Below are positions 1-7,966 of a stretch of 64,000 nt of DNA, one piece after another. Position 1 is the first letter of the stretch; the number at the start of each line of letters is the position of its first letter. Below the pieces are notes generated by a model, which ran no database searches, had not been told where the DNA came from, and was given only the letters and a program-made list of their open reading frames with translations. The position numbers and the translations under genes were made by a program. The stretch is from Escherichia phage dhabil, in sequence record MN850621.1, one strand, 5' to 3'.

Positions 1-87
1 GGTATATTGGTCTGAGTCTAAACGTTCAATGGCGCGTTCAGCGAAGGCGTGCATTAAGGTTAGATAAATGGGGGTTAAAAATTTCAT
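1..87 (-). CDS. hypothetical protein, N-terminal fragment (gene continues beyond window start)
   Basis: ATG at 87 on minus strand, open frame to window edge (MKFLTPIYLTLMHAFAERAIERLDSDQYT...); not in ORF track because truncated. Confidence 0.3.
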   Translation of the reverse strand, partial: MKFLTPIYLTLMHAFAERAIERLDSDQYT

Positions 88-225
88 AGTTGTCTCTTAG
101 TTGTGGGCCGTTCCTTGGCACATTAATTCGTCCCTTTCTGCATTTACCCATTACCGCACTTGGGCTCGACCTTATTACAGGTTGGCGGGAGTCCCTCACA
201 GAATTGTGAGGTCCAGGTTGCTCCC

Positions 226-642
226 TTATGCGTAAATCGCCTTACCATAATGTTTGTACCAGGTAGGACGTTGTGCAATTTTTTCATCCAAACGGGCTTG
301 TGAAATAGCGATAGAAGCTTCGTGAGGAACATAATCACCACGGAATTCCTGAGGAATATCACTAATGTCCTGGACTGTAGTATCCTTGATATTAAAGCCA
401 CGTTTTAAACATTCAGCTATAAGCTCAATTTGACGCTTACGTAAAAATTCAAGCTTATCATAAAAGAATGTAACATGGCCTGTACCAAGGATAAAAGTAG
501 GGCTGATTTTAAAATCACGAACACGTTTACCGTTAGCAACATGCTTACGAACTGCACCGAAAACACGTGGTAATTCACGGTATTCAGCCATAAGGTGTTG
601 GTCGGCCAATTCAGATACTAAGGTAAGGTTGATACGAGTCAT
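226..642 (-). CDS. denV: endonuclease V, pyrimidine-dimer DNA glycosylase/AP lyase
   Basis: 138 aa, near-identical to T4 DenV as remembered ([26 protein letters not shown]...); SD AGGAG upstream. Confidence 0.95.
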   Translation of the reverse strand: MTRINLTLVSELADQHLMAEYRELPRVFGAVRKHVANGKRVRDFKISPTFILGTGHVTFFYDKLEFLRKRQIELIAECLKRGFNIKDTTVQDISDIPQEFRGDYVPHEASIAISQARLDEKIAQRPTWYKHYGKAIYA

Positions 643-668
643 TTTAATCTCCTGTAGTTGATAGGTCT

Positions 669-697
669 ATAGTATCATGCCTACCGGAGATGTAAAC
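669..697 (-). promoter_or_regulatory. T4-type early promoter for denV (-35 GTTTAC, 17 nt spacer, -10 TACTAT)
   Basis: Minus-strand GTTTAC (692-697) and TACTAT (669-674); same cassette recurs upstream of other early ORFs. Confidence 0.5.
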
Positions 698-702
698 TGC
701 TT

Positions 703-1191
703 TTATCTATAAGCGGCCCAAGTACCTGTTTTAAAGGTGGCGATAACACGCTTGGCACGATTCGGGGTTTGCTTGTACCAACGAGACTGCGCCAGGTTAA
801 CTGCGGCGTCATCCCAACGTTTTTGTTGGAGCATACGCAGAGAGTTGGTAAATCCCGCTACACCAGCTTCACCCATTTGGAAGACCATATTAATCAATGC
901 ACAACGACGAACTTCGTCCAGCACATCATAAACCGGTTTCAATTTAGGATTGCGCATTATAGCTCTACGAGCATTTTCCACTGAACGATTAAAGAGTTGT
1001 TCAGCTTCAGCCATAGTAATACGACCATTACAAACTCGACCCATAAGCTTATCAAGTTCAGCGCGAGCAACATCTTTAGATGGGTTCTTGGTAACTAACT
1101 GGCCTATACCAATAGTCCAATAACCTTCGGTGTCTTTATAAAGATTTAAATCAAGACCTTCGTCTTGACGTAACATATCAAAAATATCCAT
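703..1191 (-). CDS. e: lysozyme (endolysin), T4 gene e homolog
   Basis: 162 aa, aligns along full length with T4 lysozyme (…[17 protein letters not shown]…[59 protein letters not shown]). Confidence 0.95.
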   Translation of the reverse strand: MDIFDMLRQDEGLDLNLYKDTEGYWTIGIGQLVTKNPSKDVARAELDKLMGRVCNGRITMAEAEQLFNRSVENARRAIMRNPKLKPVYDVLDEVRRCALINMVFQMGEAGVAGFTNSLRMLQQKRWDDAAVNLAQSRWYKQTPNRAKRVIATFKTGTWAAYR

Positions 1192-1195
1192 AATA

Positions 1196-1221
1196 CCTCC
1201 TGAGTATAGGAGGTATTTATA
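1196..1221 (-). promoter_or_regulatory. late promoter TATAAATA abutting an SD-sequestering hairpin for gene e
   Basis: Minus strand reads TATAAATA-cctcct-atactc-AGGAGG-tatta-ATG; the inverted repeat cctcct/aggagg contains the SD. Confidence 0.5.
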
Positions 1222-1671
1222 TCAAAAGAGCGAATCTAAAACCTTAAACATCGACGGGCCCATGACATATTCCCATTGCGGACGTTTAATCAAGGCGAAG
1301 GCATCAAATTCAGGAATCGTACGACCATCAGGGAACGTGTGGTAAGCTGTACATTTGCAATTCTTGAACTGCTCGTGTTCGACAGGCACAGTATATAAGA
1401 ACAGGTGTAGATTCTTATTGCTAGAATATTTGAACTCACCTAGGTCTTTCAGGAACGCAGGATCGTATGCAGTGAATCCAATCTCTTCTTCAGTTTCACG
1501 CATTGCTGCTTGAATAGGCTCTTCACCCGGTTCGACATGACCTTTAGGGATGTCCCATTTATGACGCATATTCTCTGGATTACGAGAACCTGTTACACGA
1601 CCCATAACCAATTCTTTATCGGCGGTCATAAACAAAATACCGGCGGATAGTTCTTTAACTTTTTTACTCAT
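1222..1671 (-). CDS. nudE: Nudix hydrolase (T4 e.1/NudE-like)
   Basis: 149 aa with Nudix box GHVEPGEEPIQAAMRETEEEIGF; position immediately downstream of e as in T4. Confidence 0.85.
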   Translation of the reverse strand: MSKKVKELSAGILFMTADKELVMGRVTGSRNPENMRHKWDIPKGHVEPGEEPIQAAMRETEEEIGFTAYDPAFLKDLGEFKYSSNKNLHLFLYTVPVEHEQFKNCKCTAYHTFPDGRTIPEFDAFALIKRPQWEYVMGPSMFKVLDSLF

Positions 1672-1900
1672 CGTCTCGTTTCCATGATTGGTTAAAAATG
1701 TCGCTCATTAAAATTTCAAGTCTATTTTCTAATGACGGACTTTCACTATCAGATATTTGGACCATATAATCAGAAATAGGTCGGAACATATCCAAGTCGC
1801 TTTCTAAATCTTCTTTGATTTTCTCTTCTGATGTTCCAGTGTCATAGGAATACAGATAAGAATCGCATGACTCAGATTTAATATAAATCGCAATACTCAT
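1664..1900 (-). CDS. hypothetical small acidic protein
   Basis: 78 aa ORF, start overlaps upstream stop (ATGA coupling), SD GAGGAA. Confidence 0.5.
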   Translation of the reverse strand: MSIAIYIKSESCDSYLYSYDTGTSEEKIKEDLESDLDMFRPISDYMVQISDSESPSLENRLEILMSDIFNQSWKRDDE

Positions 1901-2484
1901 TTACGGCATTCCTCAATAAAAGAGTTTAATGTATTTTTCTTAGTGATATCGTCATATACCTTTTTAACTTTAGAAATACGAAAAGGTACTTCAATAACTG
2001 CAGTCCATAAAAATGATGCGATAAGTCCTAAGATAGCCGCAGACATCGCTGAAGCAAATAGCGTAATAGGCAGGTCATTATCCGTTGTCAGGAAAAACCC
2101 TAGGAGTGGGAAAAATAATATCCCCATCCAAACATAGAACCTAGAACTCACCAATTTGTCGTATTCATCACTCCATGTACGGAAGCCGTATTTTTTGCTA
2201 TAACAAATCAATGGGTCCGGCGTCTGTTCTTTATGGGGTTCCGGTTGCCAACCATTTACGATATAGCCCATTTTATATTCCTCAATTAAAAGTTGTTTCA
2301 TTTCAGCAGTACATCCTGACCAATCTACTGTACTGGCTGAAATTCCTTCATCAGCATCATCAATATTTCGCCAGGACTTTTTAATAATCATATTCTCACC
2401 ATTTGGGATAATGATTCCGGCATTTTCAGACCGACGGATGAAGTTTACATCAACACCCATGCAACCAGGTTCATAAAGGGCCAT
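1897..2484 (-). CDS. hypothetical membrane protein with C-terminal FIxECR motif
   Basis: 195 aa; hydrophobic segment VWMGILFFPLLGFFL…AILGLIASFLWTAVI; C-terminus …NTLNSFIEECRK. Confidence 0.55.
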   Translation of the reverse strand: MALYEPGCMGVDVNFIRRSENAGIIIPNGENMIIKKSWRNIDDADEGISASTVDWSGCTAEMKQLLIEEYKMGYIVNGWQPEPHKEQTPDPLICYSKKYGFRTWSDEYDKLVSSRFYVWMGILFFPLLGFFLTTDNDLPITLFASAMSAAILGLIASFLWTAVIEVPFRISKVKKVYDDITKKNTLNSFIEECRK

Positions 2485-3170
2485 TACCAGCCCTCCATAG
2501 GGAATTCCAGATATACTTGAGCATTAACGCGGATTTCATTTGTAATCTTTTTAACACGGTCGGTATTACGAGACACACGACCAAACCAGCGCCATCCGTT
2601 ACTTACTGCACGGGAACCTGTATGCCATGTCTGCCAATCAAACTGGAGCAATGTACGGTCAGGAGCATCCCACTTGGTTAATTCATTAGACTCAATTTTT
2701 TCCAGAACTTCTTTATGCCACTGGCGATAGATAAGTTCGCCATCAGGAATCTGGCTAAATTGTGCAGTTCCGGTTGCAAAATAAGTAGGACACACATCAG
2801 CGTTAACAAGACCAAGAATATGTTCAGAATGGTATCGAGGGTTATCATAATCAGGTTGCCCTGCAGTAATAAAGTGTTGACCAACCGGAATATCCGGGCG
2901 TGGTACATCATCATGGTGATAACCTGGGATAGCAGGATACCAACCAGGCATCAGCATATGAACCCGAGAATCAAATACAACCTGGTCGGTGTTCCAATCA
3001 TCCGGCAGACTCATTATAAAGCTACGAGTAATAGGGCCACCATTATCAAAAGCGAAAGCCAATGAGCTGTTGAAGAACATAGTTTCGTTTTTGATTTTAT
3101 CGTTAGAAATTTTACCAGCGAAACCGCCTACTGCACGAGCTTGAGAATTAAAAGTTTTTGGGCTGTTCAT
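2484..3170 (-). CDS. hypothetical protein
   Basis: 228 aa ORF with SD TGAGGAAAATATT-ATG; no family recognised from sequence. Confidence 0.6.
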   Translation of the reverse strand: MNSPKTFNSQARAVGGFAGKISNDKIKNETMFFNSSLAFAFDNGGPITRSFIMSLPDDWNTDQVVFDSRVHMLMPGWYPAIPGYHHDDVPRPDIPVGQHFITAGQPDYDNPRYHSEHILGLVNADVCPTYFATGTAQFSQIPDGELIYRQWHKEVLEKIESNELTKWDAPDRTLLQFDWQTWHTGSRAVSNGWRWFGRVSRNTDRVKKITNEIRVNAQVYLEFPMEGW

Positions 3171-3180
3171 AATATTTTCC

Positions 3181-3411
3181 TCAGAAGCAAGTATTAACTT
3201 TACCAGTTGTGCTTACACATGTGTTACCGAGCTGAACACCTAAAGTACCATTAGGATTCATATGGAGATTATTACCGATCTTAACCGATGTACCATCTTT
3301 ACTGACAACGATTGAGGATTCAACTTGTGTTTCGTCTCCAACATCAACAATAAAAGGAACTGCAGCTAAAGCAACCAAGCTCAGGGCTAAAACACTCATG
3401 ATGGCTTTCAT
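3181..3411 (-). CDS. small secreted/periplasmic protein (signal peptide)
   Basis: Start taken at internal ATG after GGAG SD (MKAIMSVLALSLVALAAVPFIV…); conserved leader cassette upstream. Confidence 0.5.
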   Translation of the reverse strand: MKAIMSVLALSLVALAAVPFIVDVGDETQVESSIVVSKDGTSVKIGNNLHMNPNGTLGVQLGNTCVSTTGKVNTCF

Positions 3412-3476
3412 TTTATTCTCCAATTCACTCATTTGTTTTGATAGGTCTATAATAACATATCTTACGAGAATGTATA

Positions 3477-3689
3477 TTACTTTTTGTTGAAAAAGTACAT
3501 TTTACCTTTAGGGGATAAGGATACACGAAGTGCATTACCGATACCAACCGAACATTTAACCAGGTCAGCAGATTTCAATTCACCAAATGCTTGACGAAGG
3601 TCACCGTCACGAGTGTTAACCATCAGACATTTAGCACCAGCTGCACGAACTTCGTTTAACATGTTGATTGCTTGGTTAGAAAGTTTCAT
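3477..3689 (-). CDS. hypothetical small protein
   Basis: Start at ATG 6 nt after GGAG in the conserved leader (MKLSNQAINMLNEVRAAGAK…); the track ORF extends further 5' into the leader. Confidence 0.45.
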   Translation of the reverse strand: MKLSNQAINMLNEVRAAGAKCLMVNTRDGDLRQAFGELKSADLVKCSVGIGNALRVSLSPKGKMYFFNKK

Positions 3690-3720
3690 TTTATTCTCCA
3701 TTTCACTCTGTTGTTTTGAT

Positions 3721-3755
3721 AGGTCTATAGTATCACACCTATAGACCTTGTACAC
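3721..3755 (-). promoter_or_regulatory. early promoter with perfect 10-bp stem-loop (PeSL-like cassette)
   Basis: Minus-strand -35 GTGTAC (3750-3755), -10 TACTAT (3727-3732); inverted repeat aggtctatag (3721-3730) / ctatagacct (3739-3748). Confidence 0.55.
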
Positions 3756-3767
3756 TGTTTTATGCAA

Positions 3768-4727
3768 TTATTTTTCGAAAGGACGAATTAAATGTTGATT
3801 ACGCTTAAACCGGTTGATGTAGTCACTTTCACCTAGGGTCCTATACATATTCACTACAGCTTGGTAGTTTTCCCAGGCATACTCACGGAACCAACCTGAA
3901 GTGATTGAGGTGCACACTTTCTCAAGAGCCATATAGAAACTTGTGGCCGCTGGGATATTAAAGTCATTAGGAACCTGCGAACGCTCTAGAGCAAGTACAC
4001 ATGCTTCTTCATAAACCCCTGCCAGTTTAATAGCTTCAGGCAAAGCTTCAAACTTCTCACGAGAGGTCATGACTTCAGAACCATCTTTCATATAAAAGGT
4101 ATACGCTGGGCGTCCGGCTAATGCCACAGCTTCATGAATAGAGTCGTGGTCTAATGTATAGATGGTATCATTAAAGAACGATGATTTGTTTACATCTAAT
4201 TTAGGATGAGAATAGCTCAACGTTTCTTTCTGACGTTGCAGCATGATTTCTTGGAGCTCTTCATTCAAGGTTACACCTTTATTACGAAGGTATTTGATGT
4301 GGGACATCGTCTTCAAAAAGAAAGGGTTGTTCTTCAAATAACGATGGCTCATTTTGATGGCCAGACAGATATCAGGCGTGGCCCAATAGAAACCCGTCAT
4401 CCGATCTTTCTTAATATGTGTTTTAGCATAATTCAGAAGGCGGTAGCTTGAGGTGAAATCCTCATCTTGGAGTTCGCCGGTAATTTCACGTACGTTAGTC
4501 AAGGCGCGGACGATATAAGCTTCAAAATAGGTTTCTTTACCGTTGTGCATGCATTTAAAAGCCTGGACGTCAGGGTTGTCTACGTGTACATGGGCGCCAA
4601 ACATCTGTGCTTTAAAATTATTCCATGACCCCTGGTCGGCAATAAAATCCCAATCAGAATTTTCGATATACTTACTTTCAATCAGACCAGCGTGGTGCAG
4701 TGCACGAGAACCAATAACTAGCATCAT
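3768..4727 (-). CDS. hypothetical protein (319 aa)
   Basis: Long ORF with SD GAGGAAAATATT-ATG; no confident family assignment. Confidence 0.65.
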   Translation of the reverse strand: MMLVIGSRALHHAGLIESKYIENSDWDFIADQGSWNNFKAQMFGAHVHVDNPDVQAFKCMHNGKETYFEAYIVRALTNVREITGELQDEDFTSSYRLLNYAKTHIKKDRMTGFYWATPDICLAIKMSHRYLKNNPFFLKTMSHIKYLRNKGVTLNEELQEIMLQRQKETLSYSHPKLDVNKSSFFNDTIYTLDHDSIHEAVALAGRPAYTFYMKDGSEVMTSREKFEALPEAIKLAGVYEEACVLALERSQVPNDFNIPAATSFYMALEKVCTSITSGWFREYAWENYQAVVNMYRTLGESDYINRFKRNQHLIRPFEK

Positions 4728-4740
4728 AATATTTTCCTCA

Positions 4741-4908
4741 TTAATAAAGACGAGTTACTTCATATTTACCCAGTTCAGATTTTTTTGCTTCAATACGCGT
4801 TGCGGCTAGATTAGCAGCCTCTAGTGAAGAAAATTGGACCACTTGGGAAGTATTCTGCCTTACGCCACCTTGTGGGTGAGTAACAAAAACAATAAGAACA
4901 TTATACAT
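4741..4908 (-). CDS. hypothetical small protein (55 aa)
   Basis: Below the ORF-track size cutoff; found by manual translation (MYNVLIVFVTHPQGGVRQNTSQVVQFSSLEAANLAATRIEAKKSELGKYEVTRLY), SD TGAGGAAAATATT. Confidence 0.35.
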   Translation of the reverse strand: MYNVLIVFVTHPQGGVRQNTSQVVQFSSLEAANLAATRIEAKKSELGKYEVTRLY

Positions 4909-4929
4909 AATATTTTCCTCAGAGTAAAC

Positions 4930-5169
4930 TTAAATTTCAGCAACGTAATCGTTATGCAATTCCCACATATCATCAGAATTATTCTTAATGATAGGAATTA
5001 TCTCATTAGAGATTTCTTCGGCATAAGGGTCGTTGATACAGTGAGCGTCTTCAAAACGAACACCATAATCAGACTTCTTATAGGCAAAGCCATAAATCTT
5101 TTTAAACTTGGCACGACTAATGCGTACCGGCTCATCAGACTTATCAGACAGTGGAGAGTAATACCACAT
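4930..5169 (-). CDS. hypothetical small protein
   Basis: 79 aa ORF with SD AGGAG 6 nt upstream of ATG. Confidence 0.45.
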   Translation of the reverse strand: MWYYSPLSDKSDEPVRISRAKFKKIYGFAYKKSDYGVRFEDAHCINDPYAEEISNEIIPIIKNNSDDMWELHNDYVAEI

Positions 5170-5213
5170 AATGTTCTCCTCATGTTTGTGTAAGGTAATA
5201 GTAACACAAGTTT

Positions 5214-5564
5214 TTAGAGTTGTACATCACTTCTGCAATATTCTAAAAATAATTTATCGCTGTCTACTGTATCCCAACGCCGCCAAGATGGATTCCAGAC
5301 CAGAGCGTTGTCACCACAATCATTGAGCTTAAAATGGTCGTAGTACATGGCTATGTGTCTAGTCTCGTCACCGGAGAACCCTAGTATAGGCTCGCCGTGG
5401 GTATGATACATATGATGGTGCATTGAGAGGTCGCACTTATAAAACATCTCACGTTTACCACGAACGAACAAGAAAGCTTGCCCATTCATATAGAATTCTT
5501 TATCTGTTTTCAAAAGATATTTGAATACTGAATCTTTGTGCATAAGTCCTCCTACCACATCCAT
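5214..5564 (-). CDS. hypothetical His/Cys-rich protein
   Basis: 116 aa ORF (…CDLSMHHHMYHTHGEP…); alternative start at 5543 has the stronger SD (AGGAGGA). Confidence 0.5.
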   Translation of the reverse strand: MDVVGGLMHKDSVFKYLLKTDKEFYMNGQAFLFVRGKREMFYKCDLSMHHHMYHTHGEPILGFSGDETRHIAMYYDHFKLNDCGDNALVWNPSWRRWDTVDSDKLFLEYCRSDVQL

Positions 5565-5573
5565 GTGGCTAAA

Positions 5574-5801
5574 TTATTTTCCTAACGAAATACGAGTAGG
5601 TTTTTTACCAAAGTATTCTTCATAAGAACCATCTAAACGACCTGCTTTAGACCGGCAATATGAATCATACTTTTTATAATAGGCCATCTCAGTATTATAA
5701 CGTGGGTGTCTATCAGCCATAATAATACTTAACGGCCAACCTTTGGCATAATCGCGAAGACCGTTTATTTTATGAATGTATCTTTTCTTTAATTTTAGCA
5801 T
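5574..5801 (-). CDS. hypothetical small protein
   Basis: 75 aa ORF in a tightly packed minus-strand operon. Confidence 0.4.
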   Translation of the reverse strand: MLKLKKRYIHKINGLRDYAKGWPLSIIMADRHPRYNTEMAYYKKYDSYCRSKAGRLDGSYEEYFGKKPTRISLGK

Positions 5802-6019
5802 GAGCTTGGGTACCAGATTTTACCATCGGAGCGAGCAACGAAGGTACGACCAGCTTCTTCACCATAACAAGAGCTATTCAGCCAATCTTCAAGACGAACT
5901 TCACCATCATAATCATCAAGCTCAACACCAAAATCCTGAGCAGAAGCCATATCTTTTACTTTCTTATACAGCGCAGCCAGTTCAAGAGCTGCTTTTTCTA
6001 ATTCATTAATATTAGACAT
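5795..6019 (-). CDS. small acidic protein, paralog 5 of the C-terminal W-x-x-SS-C family
   Basis: 74 aa, ends …KIWYPSSC; member of the tandem array. Confidence 0.55.
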   Translation of the reverse strand: MSNINELEKAALELAALYKKVKDMASAQDFGVELDDYDGEVRLEDWLNSSCYGEEAGRTFVARSDGKIWYPSSC

Positions 6020-6028
6020 TTTATCACC

Positions 6029-6241
6029 TTAGCAAGACATAGAGGATGTAAACCAGAAACCTTCACCATCTGGGATACCGTAATCATCACGGACCCATTC
6101 GTAATCATCATATTCCGGATTCTTTGGGGAAATGTATTGTCCACGGCCGGAAACATGGAACTCTTCACCTGTTTCGTCAGCCACGGACTGACCTTTACGT
6201 ACTAATTCACGGATTTGTTTTTCAATTTCATCAATAGTCAT
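6029..6241 (-). CDS. small acidic protein, paralog 4 of the C-terminal W-x-x-SS-x-x-C family
   Basis: 70 aa, ends …GFWFTSSMSC; preceded by ggtaataaaATG-type RBS. Confidence 0.55.
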   Translation of the reverse strand: MTIDEIEKQIRELVRKGQSVADETGEEFHVSGRGQYISPKNPEYDDYEWVRDDYGIPDGEGFWFTSSMSC

Positions 6242-6250
6242 TTTATTACC

Positions 6251-6448
6251 TTAGCATTCGTAAGAGGAGGACACCCAAGAGGTACCACTAATAGTAATAC
6301 AACCGTTATAAAGCGTTATATGTCGTTCTAAGTCACGAGCACCATCAATATAGATATCAGCTTCTTCGCGTTCTTCTTTACAAATTTGAATAACGTTTTC
6401 AATTGCCGCAGCGGCAGTTCGGATTGCACAATCTAATTCACGAGACAT
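6251..6448 (-). CDS. small acidic protein, paralog 3 of the C-terminal W-x-x-SS-x-x-C family
   Basis: 65 aa, ends …TSWVSSSYEC. Confidence 0.55.
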   Translation of the reverse strand: MSRELDCAIRTAAAAIENVIQICKEEREEADIYIDGARDLERHITLYNGCITISGTSWVSSSYEC

Positions 6449-6457
6449 AATATTTCC

Positions 6458-6739
6458 TTAACATTCAGAAGAAGAGGACACCCAACCGCCAGTTGCGAGG
6501 TCAGTTGTATAGTCATGAGTATTAACAATAGCCCATTCAGGATGACCATCTTCTTCCCAATGGGCAAGGTCAGCTTTCAAGGCGCCAGGAGAATAATAGT
6601 CACCGCCCATACCGCGAGCAGGGTATATATTAAAATGAGTCTCATATTTGTCTGCAATTTCCTCGGCACGACGAATAGCTTCATGAATTTCTTTTACTGC
6701 GGCCAGAAGCTCTGGATGGTTATGATTATCATTCATCAT
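6458..6739 (-). CDS. small acidic protein, paralog 2 of the C-terminal W-x-x-SS-x-x-C family
   Basis: 93 aa, ends …GGWVSSSSEC. Confidence 0.55.
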   Translation of the reverse strand: MMNDNHNHPELLAAVKEIHEAIRRAEEIADKYETHFNIYPARGMGGDYYSPGALKADLAHWEEDGHPEWAIVNTHDYTTDLATGGWVSSSSEC

Positions 6740-6748
6740 AGCTTTTCC

Positions 6749-7039
6749 TTAGCACATTGCCGAAGAGGAGACCCAGGCACCAACTGTAACGACGCCATTT
6801 TCAACTTCACCGCCATTGTTTTCAATTTCATCTTTAAACCACTGGGAGCATTCATAACCAACAGGGTAGTAGGTACGTCCTGAGCCATAATCACCTGTTC
6901 CGAATTGAATACCGTACTTATCGGCAATAGCTTCACATTTGGATTCGATGATATCTACTTTACCGAGCAGGGCATAGATAGCTTTTTCTGCAGATTTCTC
7001 GTCGTTGTATTCAGGGATTTCAATTTCAATTTTATTCAT
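6749..7039 (-). CDS. small acidic protein, paralog 1 of the C-terminal W-x-x-SS-x-x-C family
   Basis: 96 aa, ends …GAWVSSSAMC. Confidence 0.55.
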   Translation of the reverse strand: MNKIEIEIPEYNDEKSAEKAIYALLGKVDIIESKCEAIADKYGIQFGTGDYGSGRTYYPVGYECSQWFKDEIENNGGEVENGVVTVGAWVSSSAMC

Positions 7040-7389
7040 GATTTACATTCCTTAATAAAGGTTTCAAGGTCATTACGTTTGGTTTGTTTTACATACTCAT
7101 TATAATTAGCCATCTCTAAAGCATATCTCTTACGGATGGGAGCATTCAAAGCATTTGTATGGCAAATATCATACACGAGAGGGATAAAATAAGCCACGAC
7201 AGCCGGAGCAATTATCATATAGAAACCCATCTCAATAGGCATGACTCCTTCGATTGCAGCCATAACTGTGGTCATTACCAGACCAACCAGACCGCCGAGC
7301 ATACCTGTGACAATTCCCGTGAATAAGGAAATAGCAATATCATATTCAGCCAATTGATAAACATGCGATGAAAGACTAGGCCGTTCCAT
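7036..7389 (-). CDS. hypothetical membrane protein with C-terminal FIxECK motif
   Basis: Start at internal ATG (MERPSLS…) preceded by SD AGAGG; multiple hydrophobic helices; C-terminus …NDLETFIKECKS. Confidence 0.5.
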   Translation of the reverse strand: MERPSLSSHVYQLAEYDIAISLFTGIVTGMLGGLVGLVMTTVMAAIEGVMPIEMGFYMIIAPAVVAYFIPLVYDICHTNALNAPIRKRYALEMANYNEYVKQTKRNDLETFIKECKS

Positions 7390-7918
7390 TTTGGACCTCT
7401 TTAGCGTATTCACGGCATTCAGCAATAAAGCGATTAAGCTTCCGTTGTTGTTTACGACTTTCTAATGTGTACTCAGCAGTTAAGATACCAAGCTCGGCTT
7501 TATCATAATTTTTAATATCAGTGTAAGATGGTCGACGGTCGACCATTCCAAATACATCACCATTTTCTAAAGCCACATAGCATACTAAATGGTAATCATC
7601 GTCTGCCATATTAAGAAGCACGCAATCATTGCTCTCATTTAAAGAATATACTGAATAACGTAGTCCAGCGAATTCCACTCGTTGAATAGCCAGATTTACG
7701 TCAATAATTTCCAAAGCATCTTCAAAAGAAAGGTCTTCAGCTAAAGCAAAAATAAAAGGTAATTTGGTAGTATCGCCACGGCTAGATGTTCTGCTTAAGA
7801 AATCGTTTGAATAGCCTAGGTCTTGGCGAATTCTATAAAGAACTGAATTGGTTTCATGGGAAAGACCACTATTTTTAAACCAATCAATATTTGATATAAG
7901 GTTATCATATAAACTCAT
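7376..7918 (-). CDS. hypothetical protein with FIAECR motif near C-terminus
   Basis: 180 aa ORF, SD GGAGGAGAGGAGAATATT-ATG. Confidence 0.55.
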   Translation of the reverse strand: MSLYDNLISNIDWFKNSGLSHETNSVLYRIRQDLGYSNDFLSRTSSRGDTTKLPFIFALAEDLSFEDALEIIDVNLAIQRVEFAGLRYSVYSLNESNDCVLLNMADDDYHLVCYVALENGDVFGMVDRRPSYTDIKNYDKAELGILTAEYTLESRKQQRKLNRFIAECREYAKEVQNGTA

Positions 7919-7931
7919 AATATTCTCCTCT

Positions 7932-7949
7932 CCTCCAAATAGGGAGACC
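7932..7949 (-). terminator. hairpin (gggagac-UUCG-gucuccc), likely minus-strand terminator/attenuator
   Basis: 7-bp GC-rich stem with UUCG tetraloop, short U tract on minus strand. Confidence 0.4.
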
Positions 7950-7966
7950 GAAGTCTCCCGGTAATA

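Noticed and set aside
144-401. 85-aa minus-strand ORF overlapping denV in another frame
   Set aside because: Overlaps the near-identical DenV coding sequence; spurious
3768-4727. Possible pol-beta-type nucleotidyltransferase motif (G-S … D-x-D) at the N-terminus of the 319-aa protein
   Set aside because: The spacing between GS and DxD is about 17 residues, outside the canonical 9-13, and no other supporting motifs were seen; left as hypothetical
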